Positions 1-11,918 of a DNA stretch of 64,000 nt are shown here, in pieces. A program made the position numbers and the translations under genes. Below the pieces are notes generated by a model. The model searched no databases. It worked only from the letters and a program-made list of their open reading frames with translations, and was not told the DNA's origin. The DNA lies in contig NIVC01003949.1 in the NCBI GenBank assembly GCA_002269645.1, forward strand, positions 3,964 to 67,963. Direction: 5' to 3'. Within the stretch, counting starts at the first letter, position 1; each line of letters starts with the position of its first letter. This DNA comes from Macrostomum lignano (lineage: Eukaryota).

Positions 1-140
1 CTATTCTACCAGATATCAGACTACTATTCTACCGGATATTGGAATTCTATTCTACCGGATATTGGAATTCTATTCTACCGGATATTGGAATTCTATTCTA
101 CCGGATATCACACTACTATTCTACCGGATATTAGAATTCT
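1..140. repeat. 23-bp minisatellite (CTATTCTACCGGATATTGGAATT) in the NEK4 intron, cut by the window edge
   Basis: About 6 near-identical units read directly. Confidence 0.9.
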
Positions 141-283
141 AAGACTTCTCAGATTTAGTATATTAGATTGTACCATATATAAGAGTTCCATTCTACTAGA
201 TTATTAAATCAATTCTATGATCAGTCTACTAGACTAAAGACTTTAGAATCAAGAATAGTCCTAAACAATAAACCAGCACAAAC

Positions 284-835
284 CTTGTGATTATAGGGCT
301 TGTTAGAGAACAGCTCCGGGCTCATATAGTATGGTGTACCAATAAGCGTCTTGGCCATATCATTGGATGAGTCCAGCACCCGAGCAATCCCAAGGTCGCC
401 AACTTTGATAATTTTAGATCTTGTCAAAAAGATATTCTGAGTTTTTAAATCTCTGTGCAAAATGTTTCTCTCGTGCATGTATTGCAAAGCCATGGCAACC
501 TGGACGAACCATTCCACTATTTGCCTCTCTGGCAGCGGTACACCTTTCTGCTCTTTAAGCTTCGTGTACACGTCGCCACCTTCGCAATAGGCCATCACAA
601 TGTAGAGGATACCCTCCAGTTCAAATGAGTCCCTATAGCCAACTATGTTGGGATGCTTCAACTGGGACAGCAGTTTGCACTCCTGCTCAGCACTCTTGCG
701 CTCTTTCTGGCTAGCATTGACCAGGCTGATCTTCTTCAACACATACTGGCGCCTATCTTTCTGATGCTTGGACAGCCACACCTCTCCATAGCTGCCTTTC
801 CCTATCTGCTTGATTAGCTGATACTCGCCAAGCAT
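284..835 (-). CDS. NEK4: NIMA-related kinase NEK4, first coding exon (kinase subdomains I-VIII); gene continues off the left edge
   Basis: GKGSYGEV, YVLKK, HPNIV, HRDLKTQNIFLT, GDLGIARVL, TLIGTPYYMSPELFSNKPYNHK match the NEK4 kinase domain. ATG at 835; donor AAG|GTTTGT at 284/283; acceptor TTTTTGCAG at 847 is 11 nt upstream of the ATG. The track's TTG start at 868 is not the likely start. Confidence 0.93.
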
Positions 836-2243
836 GGATTGAAGGCCTGCAAAAACAGTCGCTTGCAATTGATAGAAACTAATAATGATTTTATGGAAAT
901 CAGTTCTAGTTAGTCAAAAAATACAAATCAAATAAAATACTAATACATGTATCTCGATCCTACTGTTTACATTGCTAAGCGTCTCTAACTCAAAAGACAG
1001 ATTCATCAAATTTTAAAATTGATAGAATGGCATTTAGGATCCAACTTTAATTATTCAAAAATTCAAGTTAATTTAAATATGACCCACACAATGACAAAAA
1101 TACTAAATAATAGCATAATATTTATTATATGCCTATATGCCTATCAACAAAGAGGGGGTCATTTCATAAGCCAAAATTATACCATGTGTTGGACTTTGAA
1201 TAAAAACAAATTTATATAGTATTATCCTATGGGTTTTATCTTGTTTATTTTTTTGAGAAATTGCTATATAAAGGGCTCAAAAGGTAGAGTTGGACAATAA
1301 GTATGCTTAAAATTGTCATAAAGAAACAAAATGGGCTCAATCAACAATTATTGTACAATTTTACCACAGTTATAACTGTTTTACATCTGTTATTTGTCTT
1401 GTTTGGCATAGTAATATACTGAATAGCATCATTGTATCATAAGTTAAGTTAGTTTTTAATCCATATGAAGTATATCAGCCTTGATTTTATCTTGCAGATA
1501 AGCAGTTTAATGAGTTTCAATCTGTTTTTAAGTATATCAACCTAAATTTTATGATTCAAAGGAGGCAATTTGGTAAGTTTAATACTGATAGCATTGATGT
1601 TATTCCCAATTGAAAGTAAGGAAAGTAGCATGTAACTCTTTTTATATAAGGCCTCAATGCAAGCCCTTGATTTAATGAGTTAGACAAAATCAAAGGCCCT
1701 TTTTGATAAAGCAAAATAATATTATAACTAAAGCTTTCACCTTTCAAAGCCTTTTTATTTCCTATTGCTCTTAAGAAATAATATGAGCAAATATACCATA
1801 AACTCAATCAGGTGTTTTTGCTCTACTGTGGAACTGGACTTAAGAAATGTCTAAAAGAAAGCCAAAGGAGCAAAAAGACATTTTAGTATCAAAAATGCAA
1901 GACAAGCAGCAATTTTGAATAAATAGGTAACTGGTTGGGCTATAAAAGATTCATATTAACCTATTAGCCTATATTGACAATTTCTATAATTGCAGGAAAT
2001 TATACTTTGTATATATTTAAGCACATAGCAATACAAGACTGGTGAGTATAAAAGTCCGAAACTTTTTGCTATCATGTAACAAAGGGAATTCACTAAAAAC
2101 ACTAAACAAGTCTGCTCAAACCTATTACTTGATTTCAATATCAATTTCTATTTTAAATAAAATACAAAAATGTGTTACAAAGGTTACAAAGGGCATAAAG
2201 ATACAGAAGGATTGTAGAAGAAAGACTGTATCTCCATAGTGTT

Positions 2244-2475
2244 TTTAGGTATTGTGAAATTTAGGGCTTATGAAATTTAGGTCTTGTGAAATTTAGGGCT
2301 TATGAAATTTAGGTCTTGTGAAATTCTGTGCATGCCTTTTAGGTGTTATGAAATTTAGGTTTTGTGAAATCTGTTGCATTGCTTATTTTTGACATTGTGG
2401 AAATTAGGGTTTATGAAATATAAGTCTTATGAAAGGTTCTGGTTTTGACATTGTGAAAATTAGGGTTTGTGAAAC
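2244..2475. repeat. Degenerate 16-bp tandem repeat (TGAAATTTAGGGCTTA / TGAAATTTAGGTCTTG)
   Basis: Period-16 units read directly, decaying to the right. Confidence 0.8.
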
Positions 2476-2479
2476 AATC

Positions 2480-3442
2480 CTTATCTGTTGAAGGTCTTGG
2501 CCTAGTGGATCCACAAATCTTGACAAGCAACCAGAAGTCTGTGCAGTTGCAATATATAAAGCTTGTCCTGCAAACTTACAATCAAGATCCTGCCATCTTT
2601 CTGTCTTGCTATGTGACTGGTGATAAGACATGGATCTACTACCATGATCCCAAGTCAAAGGAGGAGTCAAAAAGCAGTGGCTACTAGTTGGCACACCTGC
2701 ACCACTGAAAGCATGGACTGGATGCAGTACAGGCAAGAAAATGCTCACTATCTTTTGGGATGCCAAAGGTCCATTGCTGCTGGACTTTCTGCTACACAAG
2801 CAGACAGTCACAGGTACTTACTATGCCAATCTGATCACCTGTCTACACAAGGCAATCAAGGAAAATTGATGGGAAATGCTGAGCCATGGTGTTGTGTTGC
2901 AGCATAACAACGCACCTGCACACTAGTGGGCTGGCAAAGGCAGCTGTCAATGTTGCAGGGTTCCAAGAGCTACCACACCCTACCTATTCACCAGAACTTG
3001 CCAAGCAACTTTTACCTATTTCTGCATCCCAAGCGAGCACTTCATTGGCCGCAATCTGACATGAATAAAGCCCTGAAGGATGCTGCAACCTCTTGGTTTA
3101 AGAGGTGCTCAAAGAAGTTCCTTTAGAGCAGCATCAAAGCATTGCGATCAAGATGTCACAAGTGCATCTTGGTCAAAGGAGACTATGTAAAAAACATACA
3201 TGCGCAACCTTAGGAATCACTCGGCCGTTTCTATTGGCAACACACACATATAAGTTGCTATTGGCTGAGAGCAGTCACGTGACTATTATTCCATCCAATA
3301 GCAACTTACATGTGTGTGTGTTGCCAATAGAAACAGCCGGGTAAATCCATAGGTTGCACCCAAGCATGTAAAAAAAGCTGATTGGATTTGCCCCAATTCT
3401 CTTTCCTTTATACCAAGGCTCAGAACTTTTTAATGCCCCTTG
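2480..3442 (+). mobile_element. Decayed, 5'-truncated mariner (Tc1/mariner) element
   Basis: Broken frames give VTGDKTWIYYHDPKSK, MLTIFWD, HNNAPAH, TPYSP-L--SNFYLF and a KGDYV-K C-terminus. 3' TIR-like AACTTTTTAATGCCCCTTG followed by TA at 3443-3444. Confidence 0.85.
3197..3370. mobile_element. Palindromic MITE-like hairpin (arms about 70 bp, loop about 30 nt) between the mariner relic stop and its 3' TIR
   Basis: Left arm ...GTTTCTATTGGCAACACACACATATAAGTTGCTATTGG is the reverse complement of CCAATAGCAACTTACATGTGTGTGTGTTGCCAATAGAAAC...; outer ends TACATGC/GCATGTA with TA at both ends. Confidence 0.65.
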
Positions 3443-3699
3443 TATATACGAGTGTATATGGCCTAGTTAAATAGTTTAGAAACTTAAATAAATTAAAATA
3501 TATGAAAGGTAGGCCTTACTGCCCTAGGAATGGTCAGAAATTTTTCATAGATGATTCCGCATAGGAAATGACTAAACAAAAGAAATCAAATTTATTTATT
3601 TTTTTGTACCTATAAAAAAGATATGTCTCTGTCCCCTTGTCTATATTATCGATATTAGTATAAAATAAAATTGGCTGAATCTATATAACTAAATTCTAA

Positions 3700-4020
3700 T
3701 TTAATTTATTGTTTTTTTCACTTATTTGTTTTATTTATTTATTTACCAATTTATTGCTTTATCCTCACTCCTTTATTCTTTTCCTCATTTCCTTTTCTCC
3801 ACCTTCTTTTTATATTTACTATCTATCACTCCCTTACCTTCTATATTTATCTATCTTTCTACCTTGTCCCTTTATTCTTATTATATTCTTACCCTCTATA
3901 ATCCTCTTTTCCTCTCCTTTCTCACCTTCTTTGCACCTTTTTATAACCTTCCTCTATTTTCCTATCCTCTTTCACCCTCTTCTTACCCTCTCTTTATCCT
4001 TCTCTTTTACTTTTAATTAT
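3700..4020. repeat. Pyrimidine-rich low-complexity tract
   Basis: Nearly purine-free CT/AT stretch; the overlapping ORFs are compositional. Confidence 0.8.
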
Positions 4021-4896
4021 TAGCTTTGGGATCCACAAAACCCTCATCCATCGACAACTCAAACTCAATTGCCGCAAGCAACAGGCCCTGCAGTCTCAAC
4101 TCCAAGGCTTAAAGGACAGCCTCCAGCCAAAACTGGGCCTCACCACATTCTCAGTCCTGTGCCATCTTATCAACAAGAAGACTCGCCAGTGTGTCAACAC
4201 AGAAAGGATCAAACTTGAGAAGAAGCTCCAAAACCTTTGGCTAGAGAAGCAGCATCATGCAAGCATTTCACAAGCTATTACCAACATCTCAAGCCGGAAA
4301 CTGAGTCCATCTGAACAACATGCCCTTCAATATGGCCTCCAACATCCAATCCTCCCAACTAGGCTCAACAAAATGCACATCGCCGCCGACATTGAAGCCC
4401 TTGTGTGTAAGTGCCTCTCTCACAATAACACGGGGAGTCATGAGCCGCGCCAACTTCCTGACAATTTCAAAAGAAAGATCATGTTTGAATTTGAACAATT
4501 CTCTGCCAAGACCACTAACTTTTTATCCAACAAGAGAAATAAGCTGCTCCACCATACCCTCAAATAGCTCAACAAGTCTGACAACATAAAAATTGTCAAT
4601 TATGACAAGGGCTATAGGGTTGCTTTCCTCAACACCATTGACTACATCAATAAACTTAACAACATCCTTCTGGACTAGACCAAATTCCAATGTCTGGGAT
4701 CGCATGATGACATCACGATGTCCCACCCTATCCTCAAATCCGAACGCTCTCTTCAAAACTTTCTGCGCACCCACGTCAAACAACACATTGATGAAAAATC
4801 TTTAAATGCATCATCCCCAGTGGCAGCCAACTTGGTCAGCTTTATGGGGTCTGCAAGGTCCACAAACCTGACAAACCCCTCAGACCAATTGTCTCC

Positions 4897-5649
4897 ATGA
4901 TTCATACTGCTAAATATGAACTCGCCAAGTACTTGGATTCCCTCATCAAGCCTTGCCTCTTGTCCAATTTCTCTATAAAATCTAACAGTGAATTTCTCTA
5001 TGATCTTCAACAATTTAGTGCCGATACTCCTTGTTCTAACACGCTCTGTAGCTTTGATGTTGTTTCTCTTTTCACCAACATCCCCCTTGATCTTGCTGTC
5101 GACCTGGCTACTGAACTGGTTTATAAAGCCAACCCTCCCTCCATGACCAAGACCTTCAAAAAACTCCTCCGCTTCGCAACCTCTGGCATCTTTCTGTTTG
5201 ATAATAAATACTACCGGCAAATTGATGGATGTGCCATGGGCAGCCCCCTGGCCCCCACTCTGGCCAAGGTCTGTTTGTCCCACTGGGAAACCAACAACTG
5301 GATGTCTCTTGATTGTGCCCCCAAATTCTACAGGCAGTATGATGACGACACTTTTGCCATTTTCAACAACAGCACCAAAATCGAGTTCTTCCTTCAAGCT
5401 CTCAACTCTACTCATCTTAACATCAAATTCACCCTTGAAAAGGCTACTGACCAAAAGCTTCCATTCTTAGACCTAGACATTGACCTTAGCAGTGGAACTT
5501 TTTCTACTAAAGTCTTTCGCAAAAAAATGTTCACCAACCTGATCCTTAACTTCCACGCTTTGTGCCCTAAAAATAGGAAATCTGGCCTCATCAGATGCAT
5601 GCTCCATAGAGCTTTCATTGTCTGCAACACCTGGGCCAACTTTGACTAG
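4897..5649 (+). pseudogene. Penelope-type reverse transcriptase fragment
   Basis: RT motifs as above; the catalytic YVDD appears as QYDDD; flanked by stops and frameshifts. Confidence 0.88.
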
Positions 5650-5924
5650 GAATTAAGATCTCTCACCAAACTGCTTTGTCAAAACGGCTATCCGCAAGAT
5701 TTCATCTATAGCATCACTCATAAGTTCATCTCTGAAAAGGTTACCAAACAGCAAATCACCAAAAATGACCACAAAGATCCCATTCTTGTCCTTCCTTTCT
5801 TTGGACATCCTTCTCTTTACTTCAAAAGCAAAATCAAGAAACTGTTTCAGCAATTGCTTAACTGCAACATCATAGTTGTTTTTCAGACTGCCAAAGTTGG
5901 TGATTTCATTGGCCGGTTAAAATT

Positions 5925-6185
5925 GTGTCTCCCGCGCTCTGCATGCTGGTGTCGTCTATTAATTCAACTGCTCTGTTGACCAGAGTGTCTCCTACGTGGG
6001 GAAAACTAAGACACCTATACACTAGAACCAGGGAGCACTGGCTCAAACTGTCTGCTATACAAGATCACTTACTGCATTGTAGTAGCTACTCTAACTGCAG
6101 CCCAAACGAGCACTTTAAAAACATTGACCAATGTCAGTCGGACTTCAAACTTAGAATTCTTGAGGCCATGCACATAAAAGCCTAG
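5925..6185 (+). pseudogene. GIY-YIG endonuclease remnant of the Penelope element
   Basis: TACGTGGGGAAAACTAAGACACCTATACACTAGAACCAGGGAGCAC reads YVGKT(+1 frameshift)RHLYTRTREH; ILEAMHIK at the end. Confidence 0.75.
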
Positions 6186-6428
6186 TCACCTAGCCTAAAC
6201 ACACAACTCTAACATAGTGGCACGGGTCACCTACTCCGTGTCTTTTGATAAGAGAGAGTACTAGGTGTACATTCTTTCCGCCCTTGGACTTCACTCTGCT
6301 ATATGGACTAGCTCATGTGTTCTCCAATATAGATTTGTTCAATAATTTTTCTTATTTTCTTGTTTACCTACAATCAACTCCACATATTTATTCGCAAAAC
6401 CTGTTTAATTTTGTTGTTGAAAAAAATA

Positions 6429-6466
6429 AACCTGAAGATGCACCTAGGAGTGTGAAACGCATCATT
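6429..6466 (+). ncRNA. Fossil minimal type-I hammerhead ribozyme of the Penelope element
   Basis: AAC CTGAAGA T GCAC-CTAGGA-GTGT GAAA CGCATC ATT: core boxes CUGANGA (6432-6438) and GAAA (6454-6457), a 4-bp stem II and a short palindrome-like stem III; located 3' of the GIY-YIG ORF where PLE hammerheads occur. Confidence 0.7.
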
Positions 6467-6494
6467 ACTTACACTATGTTGATTTTTGGATTCA

Positions 6495-6950
6495 TTAGCT
6501 TCTACCTTCTACTTTCCTCTACCAGCTCTTAACCTTTTCTACTATAATACCCCTTCTACCCTTCTTTACCTTGGTACCATTTCCTACCCTCTAACCTTTT
6601 TTATCCTCTTACATTTCTCTATTTTCTCCTGCCTTGCTTTACCTTTGTATTTTTTCTCTTCTACCAGCCTCTAGCTCTACCCCCCTTTCAACCAACTCCT
6701 ATCCTCCTTTAGCCTCATACCCACCTCTACTTTTCTGCCCTCTTTTCTTACCCTCATACTCTCCTTTACCTTTTTCTTACTCTCTTCTCAACCCCCTACA
6801 TTCTTCTACCCTTTTGCTCTCTATGATTTTCTATCATCCTACTTTCCTCTACTAGCTCCTACCCTTATCTATTTTCCTCAACCCTCATATTCTCCTCTAC
6901 CTTCATATTGTCTTCCACCCTCTTTTCTCTCTCTTCTCTCTTCTCTCCTA
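6495..6950. repeat. Pyrimidine-rich low-complexity tract
   Basis: CT-rich stretch, similar in composition to 3700-4020. Confidence 0.8.
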
Positions 6951-9900
6951 ATGATATTTCAATTAGTTATATATTGATAGGACCAAAACAATCTTATTTT
7001 TTAGCTTTATGTACCTACACTGTAAAAAATGTGGCTGAGGAAGTGGCCAGATGTATTTTAGAAAAAGTGGCCGAAGATAATTATTTTACCAAAGAGAAAT
7101 TTTTTCTCACAAAAGGCCATAGCTAAGTAAAAATATTTGTTTTTAATGAGTGCAACGTGTAATATAACATTTTAACCATGTACAATGAATATATAGCATC
7201 GAAAATAATATGTGGCCGAGAGTAAATAATTCAATAGTACGTTCTAATCTTAAATTTACAAAGAAACTCATAATGAACTGCAAAAAGAATACAAAGTTAA
7301 CCACTATGGGCATAAAACTTTATAATATTCTTAAAAAATTGCAGTCAAAAAGCAAAAAACTTGCTAAAAATAAAATTTACTTTACAAATTTGTTAATGTA
7401 CTTGCGATTTAATTTGTGTTGACTTTTATCTGATCAAACTACTAAAATAATTTTCAAGCGTTACAGCGCATTTACCCCTCAACTCAGCATATGCTCTGCT
7501 CTCGTGCTTTGCTCAGTTTCTTTGCAAATTGCAAGAACTTCTGAATTAACTATTGACCCAGACTACTGAAATTAGGCCCTAACAACATTGTGACTTGTGT
7601 ATATATTTTTATATTTGTATATATTTATAGACTACTTACTTATTAACATAGGCCTAGATCACAGTATTTATTCAATTCTTGCCCTTGAGCCTTACCTTTT
7701 CTTGTGCTTCATTTTATTTTTATTCTTTGTAATTCAACATATCATTGTCTAATTATTATTGTGTCTGCTTTTTTTAGTTTATTGTCTTTGTCTTTGTCTT
7801 ATAATAATAGCCTTATTCTAAATCTTTGTAAACTAGGTCTACAGTATAAATTAACATGGCCCCAGAATTTTTTTTGCTTAAATTTAGCCTTGTAAGAATC
7901 CATTTTGCTTTGATTTTTTTAAGAATGTTTCCCTATAAATGTGGGAAAACATTTGAGCAAATGTCAGGTTTTGTCCACCATTCAAAGTACACCCCTTGTC
8001 TAGAAGAGCTTCAATTAGCAAACAGGTTTACTTGTCCCATTCAACATTGCAATTTAAGTAGTTCAACTAAAGCGGGTATACTTAAGCATTTATTAAGATT
8101 CCATAACAAGCCTTATGTAGCTGAAGAGACTGCCATTTTTTCAATTGAAGACAAACTAGATGACACTTCTGGCAAAATTAATTACTTAATAGACCCCAAC
8201 TTTCCAAGGTCTATTAATGAAAAAAGTGATGCAACAAATAATTATGATGACATATCAACTAAAAATGATGAAATCATAGAGGGAACTTATGGCTTCATTG
8301 ATCAAAGTTCTTCTGAACTAAAAGAGGCTCTAAAGGAAAAGCTTGTACTTGATATAATTAAGTTTTTTTCTTTCTAGTAGAGATCTGCATTGTTTACCTA
8401 ATAGACTTAGTCTTTCCTTGACTGACAATGTAAAAGAAATTATTTCAACCTTTAGTAACTTGTATAATGTTATGGCTACTCAGTTTTTAAAAGAAAATAA
8501 TATTTCAACTGATATTATAGAATCAACTAGTAACTTTTTGGACTTTGATTCCTTTTTAACACTTGTTTTGATATTTTATTAAGTGATTATCAGCTTTTAA
8601 ATTTTGTTAAAGCTAATTATCCTTTTGTAGAACCTGTTCAAACTTGTATTAACAATAAAAAAAATTATTATGTTTCAATTGGAGAAAGTATTCAAGCAGC
8701 ATTCCAGAATCTTGACTTTCTTAATTTAGTTTTAGAAGGTTCTTTACAAGAAAAATCTACTTTTTTCACAAGCCCATACTTTCTAAATTATATTGCTCCA
8801 CTTGTTGATAGTCCACTTGAAAATGCTATATATATAGGGCTTTATACTGATGAGTTTGAAGTTGCTAATCCAATTGGCAAAGCACGTTGTAAGCACAAAG
8901 TGTATGCAATTTACTTAAGAATTCTAAATGCACCATATGAGGTTGCATCAAAAGACAAATGTTTTTTTTAGTTTGTTTGCTCAAATACAAAAGTCTATAA
9001 AGCAATGATCACTTTCCTCCACTTACTTTAAATGAAGTCTATGAGCCAATTATAGCAGAACTAAATAATTTATATGACTTAGGTATTGATATCAATAAGT
9101 ATGGCCAAAAAATAAATGTCTCTATAATTGCTTGCTTTTGTACAGGCGATAATTTATCAATAAATAGCCTTCTTGGTCTTCAAACTAATTTTGCCTCAGG
9201 AAAGGTTGTTGATTTTGCTTTGCCAAGGCAACTGATTGTGACTTTTGTCTCATTGAAAATAAACTATTCCAAAGAAGTTCTGATTGGGAAATAGATGAAA
9301 CTACAGGTATTTTAAAGGAATGTCCATTTTTAAGCCTTGGATATGCAACTATGCCTTACTTTTTTCCTCCAGACTTTTTTCACGACCTTTTAGAAGGAAT
9401 TTCCCACTTTGTAGTTTGCTCTGTTCTTAAGTTTTTATTAAAGTTTTAATGAAATAAAGGATACATTTAACTTTTTTCCTTTGTCTATGCCAGCAATTCT
9501 ACCAAGCCATATAAATAACAATAGACTACCTTTCTGTGCAGCAGACATGATAGTTGTAGTATCAAGAATGCCTTTGTATTTTGGGCCATATATTTGTGAT
9601 ATCAACAATGAACATAAGGATAATGTTATGATGCTCCTTATTTTGCATTGTGAACTTATGTCAATTTTGCTATCAAATGCCAGTGTTGAACATGACACCA
9701 CATATCTAAAACATTTGATTACACAGCACAATGAGTTATTATTCTTAATATCAAATGGTCAGTTAAAAAAGTGTAAGCTTCATTATTTACTTCATTACCC
9801 AAATCTTATTCTATTTTATAATGGCATTAAAGTAGCATGGACTATGCGTTTTGTGGCCATGCACCAATTTTTCAAGCATATTGTTCCAAACCTCCATTGT

Positions 9901-10086
9901 TTTAAAAATGTTGCTTTGACTGCTGCTAAAAGACATCAGTTACATAAGGCTATTGTAACATGTACTCCAGTTAATTTATCTACAAGCTCTACATCAAGCA
10001 TAAAGCAAGCATGTATGAAAGATCTTTTTGATTTAGAGACAATTTCTTCAATAGCCAATTTCTTGACAATAAATGTTGATAGACTA

Positions 10087-11389
10087 CGAGGGTCACTCCG
10101 AAAGTTTTTGCATTCGACCACTTCCCCGCAAGCCAGCGCTGTAAAATTGCACCAAACCTTAATTCCAGAAGTTTTCAACTTGCATATAAAAATTCAAGTG
10201 CCCAGCTTTAAGAGAAGCAACGCAATCTGCAATTGAAATTCAGTTTTCAGCTGCCTGCCAGCCATGGCTGCCGAACTGTAGAGGCGCGACATCCGCGCCA
10301 TAATTTTCTACAACTTCAAGCGCGGCCTCATGACGCAGCAATGCCACGAGGAGATGCAGGCAGCTTTGGGAGATTCTGCGCCTTCAATCCGCACCATCCA
10401 GAACTGGTACCGCGACCTTCGGGCTGGACAGTGCAGCCTGGACGACGACGACCGAGGACGTCCTGCGACAGCAACGACTGGAGAAAACGTCGAGCTGGCA
10501 CGCAGCCTGATCGAAGAGGATCGGCGTGACCCACGTGCAATTGGAGCAGCAGCTGGGCATTGGATCTGGGCAAGTGCAGAAGATTTTGCACAAACACCTT
10601 GGCGTACGGCAACTGTGCGCTCGTTGGGTGCCACATTTGCTGACGCAGCAGCAGAAGGATGAACGCGTGCGATGGTGCCGCCAGATGCTCGCTGACTTCC
10701 AGGACGGCGCCGCACGTGGTGTTTTCGACGTCGTGACGGGCGACAAAACCTGGGTATTCCAGCACGACCCCGAGACGAAGCGCCAGTCATCGGTGTGGTG
10801 CTTCTTTGGCGAGGAGTCACCAACGAAGGTTTGCCGCTCCAGGAGCGTCGGCAAAGCCATGGTTGCCAGCTTCTTCGGCAGATCAGGCCACGTGGCGACT
10901 GTGGTGCTGGACGGGCAGCGAACAGTGACGGCGGAGTGGTACGTCACAGTCTGCCTGCCACAGGTGCTGCAGGCGTGGCAGGAGCGGCGTCCCAAACGCG
11001 GAATCCGCGGCCTTCGCCTGCACCATGACAACGCGAGTTTGCACACGGCGCAGCGAACCATCACATTCTTGGCCGAAAATCATGTTTCCGTGGTCGGACA
11101 CCCGCCCTACTCGCCCGACCTGGCTCCGTGTGATTTTTTTCTGTTTCCGAAGGTGAAGGCCGGGCTTCGTGGACAGAGATTTCCCATGGTTAAGGACGCG
11201 ATTTATGCGTACAGGGACGGTGTGGATGCACTGACAAAACAGGACTGGGCTGCGGCCTTTGAGCAGTGGTTTGAGCGAATGCAAAAGTGTGTGTGCGCGC
11301 AGGGCAACTACTTTGAACAGATGTGAGGGGGTTTAGCTCTGGCGAAAGCTGAAAGTGGTCGAATGCAAAAACTTTCAGAGTGACCCTCG
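10087..11389 (+). mobile_element. Full-length mariner element (1303 bp), 37-bp TIRs, TA target duplication
   Basis: TIR CGAGGGTCACTCCGAAAGTTTTTGCATTCGACCACTT (10087-10123) versus 11353-11389 with 1 mismatch; TA at 10085-10086 and 11390-11391. Confidence 0.97.
10264..11326 (+). pseudogene. DD34D mariner transposase with a premature TAG (codon 6) and a frameshift near 10525
   Basis: MAAEL*RRDIRAIIFYNFKRG... HTH region, then CARWVPHLL, VVTGDKTW, HHDNASLH, YSPDLAPCD; 34 residues between the second and third Asp. Confidence 0.92.
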
Positions 11390-11918
11390 TACCAGCTAAT
11401 TGTATAGTGACAAATAGCCTCAAAGTTGCTTCACTAGAATTCAAAGCCCCAACATTAACAAAGTATATGCTAGTTTTTAAAAACCTAGGACTAGATTGAG
11501 ATCCTGAACTTCATTATGTTTAGAAAATCATCTGTATTAAAGGCAAGTGGCTATTAGTAGCTAAGAAATGCAGATCAGTTTTTTTACCCTCATATTTTGC
11601 ATTCTACTGTGAGCCACAATCAGATATCGACATCATTGATCCAACAAGCAAATTCTTTCACTCCCCTATATTTGTTGACATCATTGCTGGAAACCATTAT
11701 GCTGTTTTTTCTTCTTTTCCACCATTTTAACTTGTTTAGGGACGTTGTTCATGTTCTGCATGTTCATTTATGCAGTGCACATATTAACATGGTAAAGCCA
11801 GGCAAGCATAAACACTTGCGGGTCATATTATTTTCTAAAGTCTCTCATGTCACAATGAACACTAACTAATAATTACAATAAATATTTTTACCCACAGCAA
11901 ACTGCAAGCCTGCTTGGC

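Larger units (their letters stand above)
4030..6480 (+). mobile_element. Penelope-like retroelement (RT plus GIY-YIG endonuclease), decayed
   Basis: IVNYDKG (ADKG-like), SFDVVSLFTNIP, QIDGCAMGSPLAP, YRQYDDDTF, LPFLD, then YVGKT-RHLYTRTREH and ILEAMHIK; hammerhead-like motif in the 3' UTR. Boundaries approximate. Confidence 0.9.
7925..11869 (+). pseudogene. CMC/EnSpm-type transposase with N-terminal C2H2 fingers, interrupted by mariner 10087-11389
   Basis: C2H2-like CPIQHC...KHLLRFH; GLYTDEFEVANPIGKA--KHK; TGDNL--N---G---NF; PPDFFHDLLEG; HYLLHYP; WTMRF-AMHQFFK; KNVALTAAKRHQ. Multiple stops and frameshifts. Confidence 0.85.

Noticed and set aside
4753-5454. 233-aa minus-strand ORF
   Set aside because: Antisense shadow of the Penelope RT.
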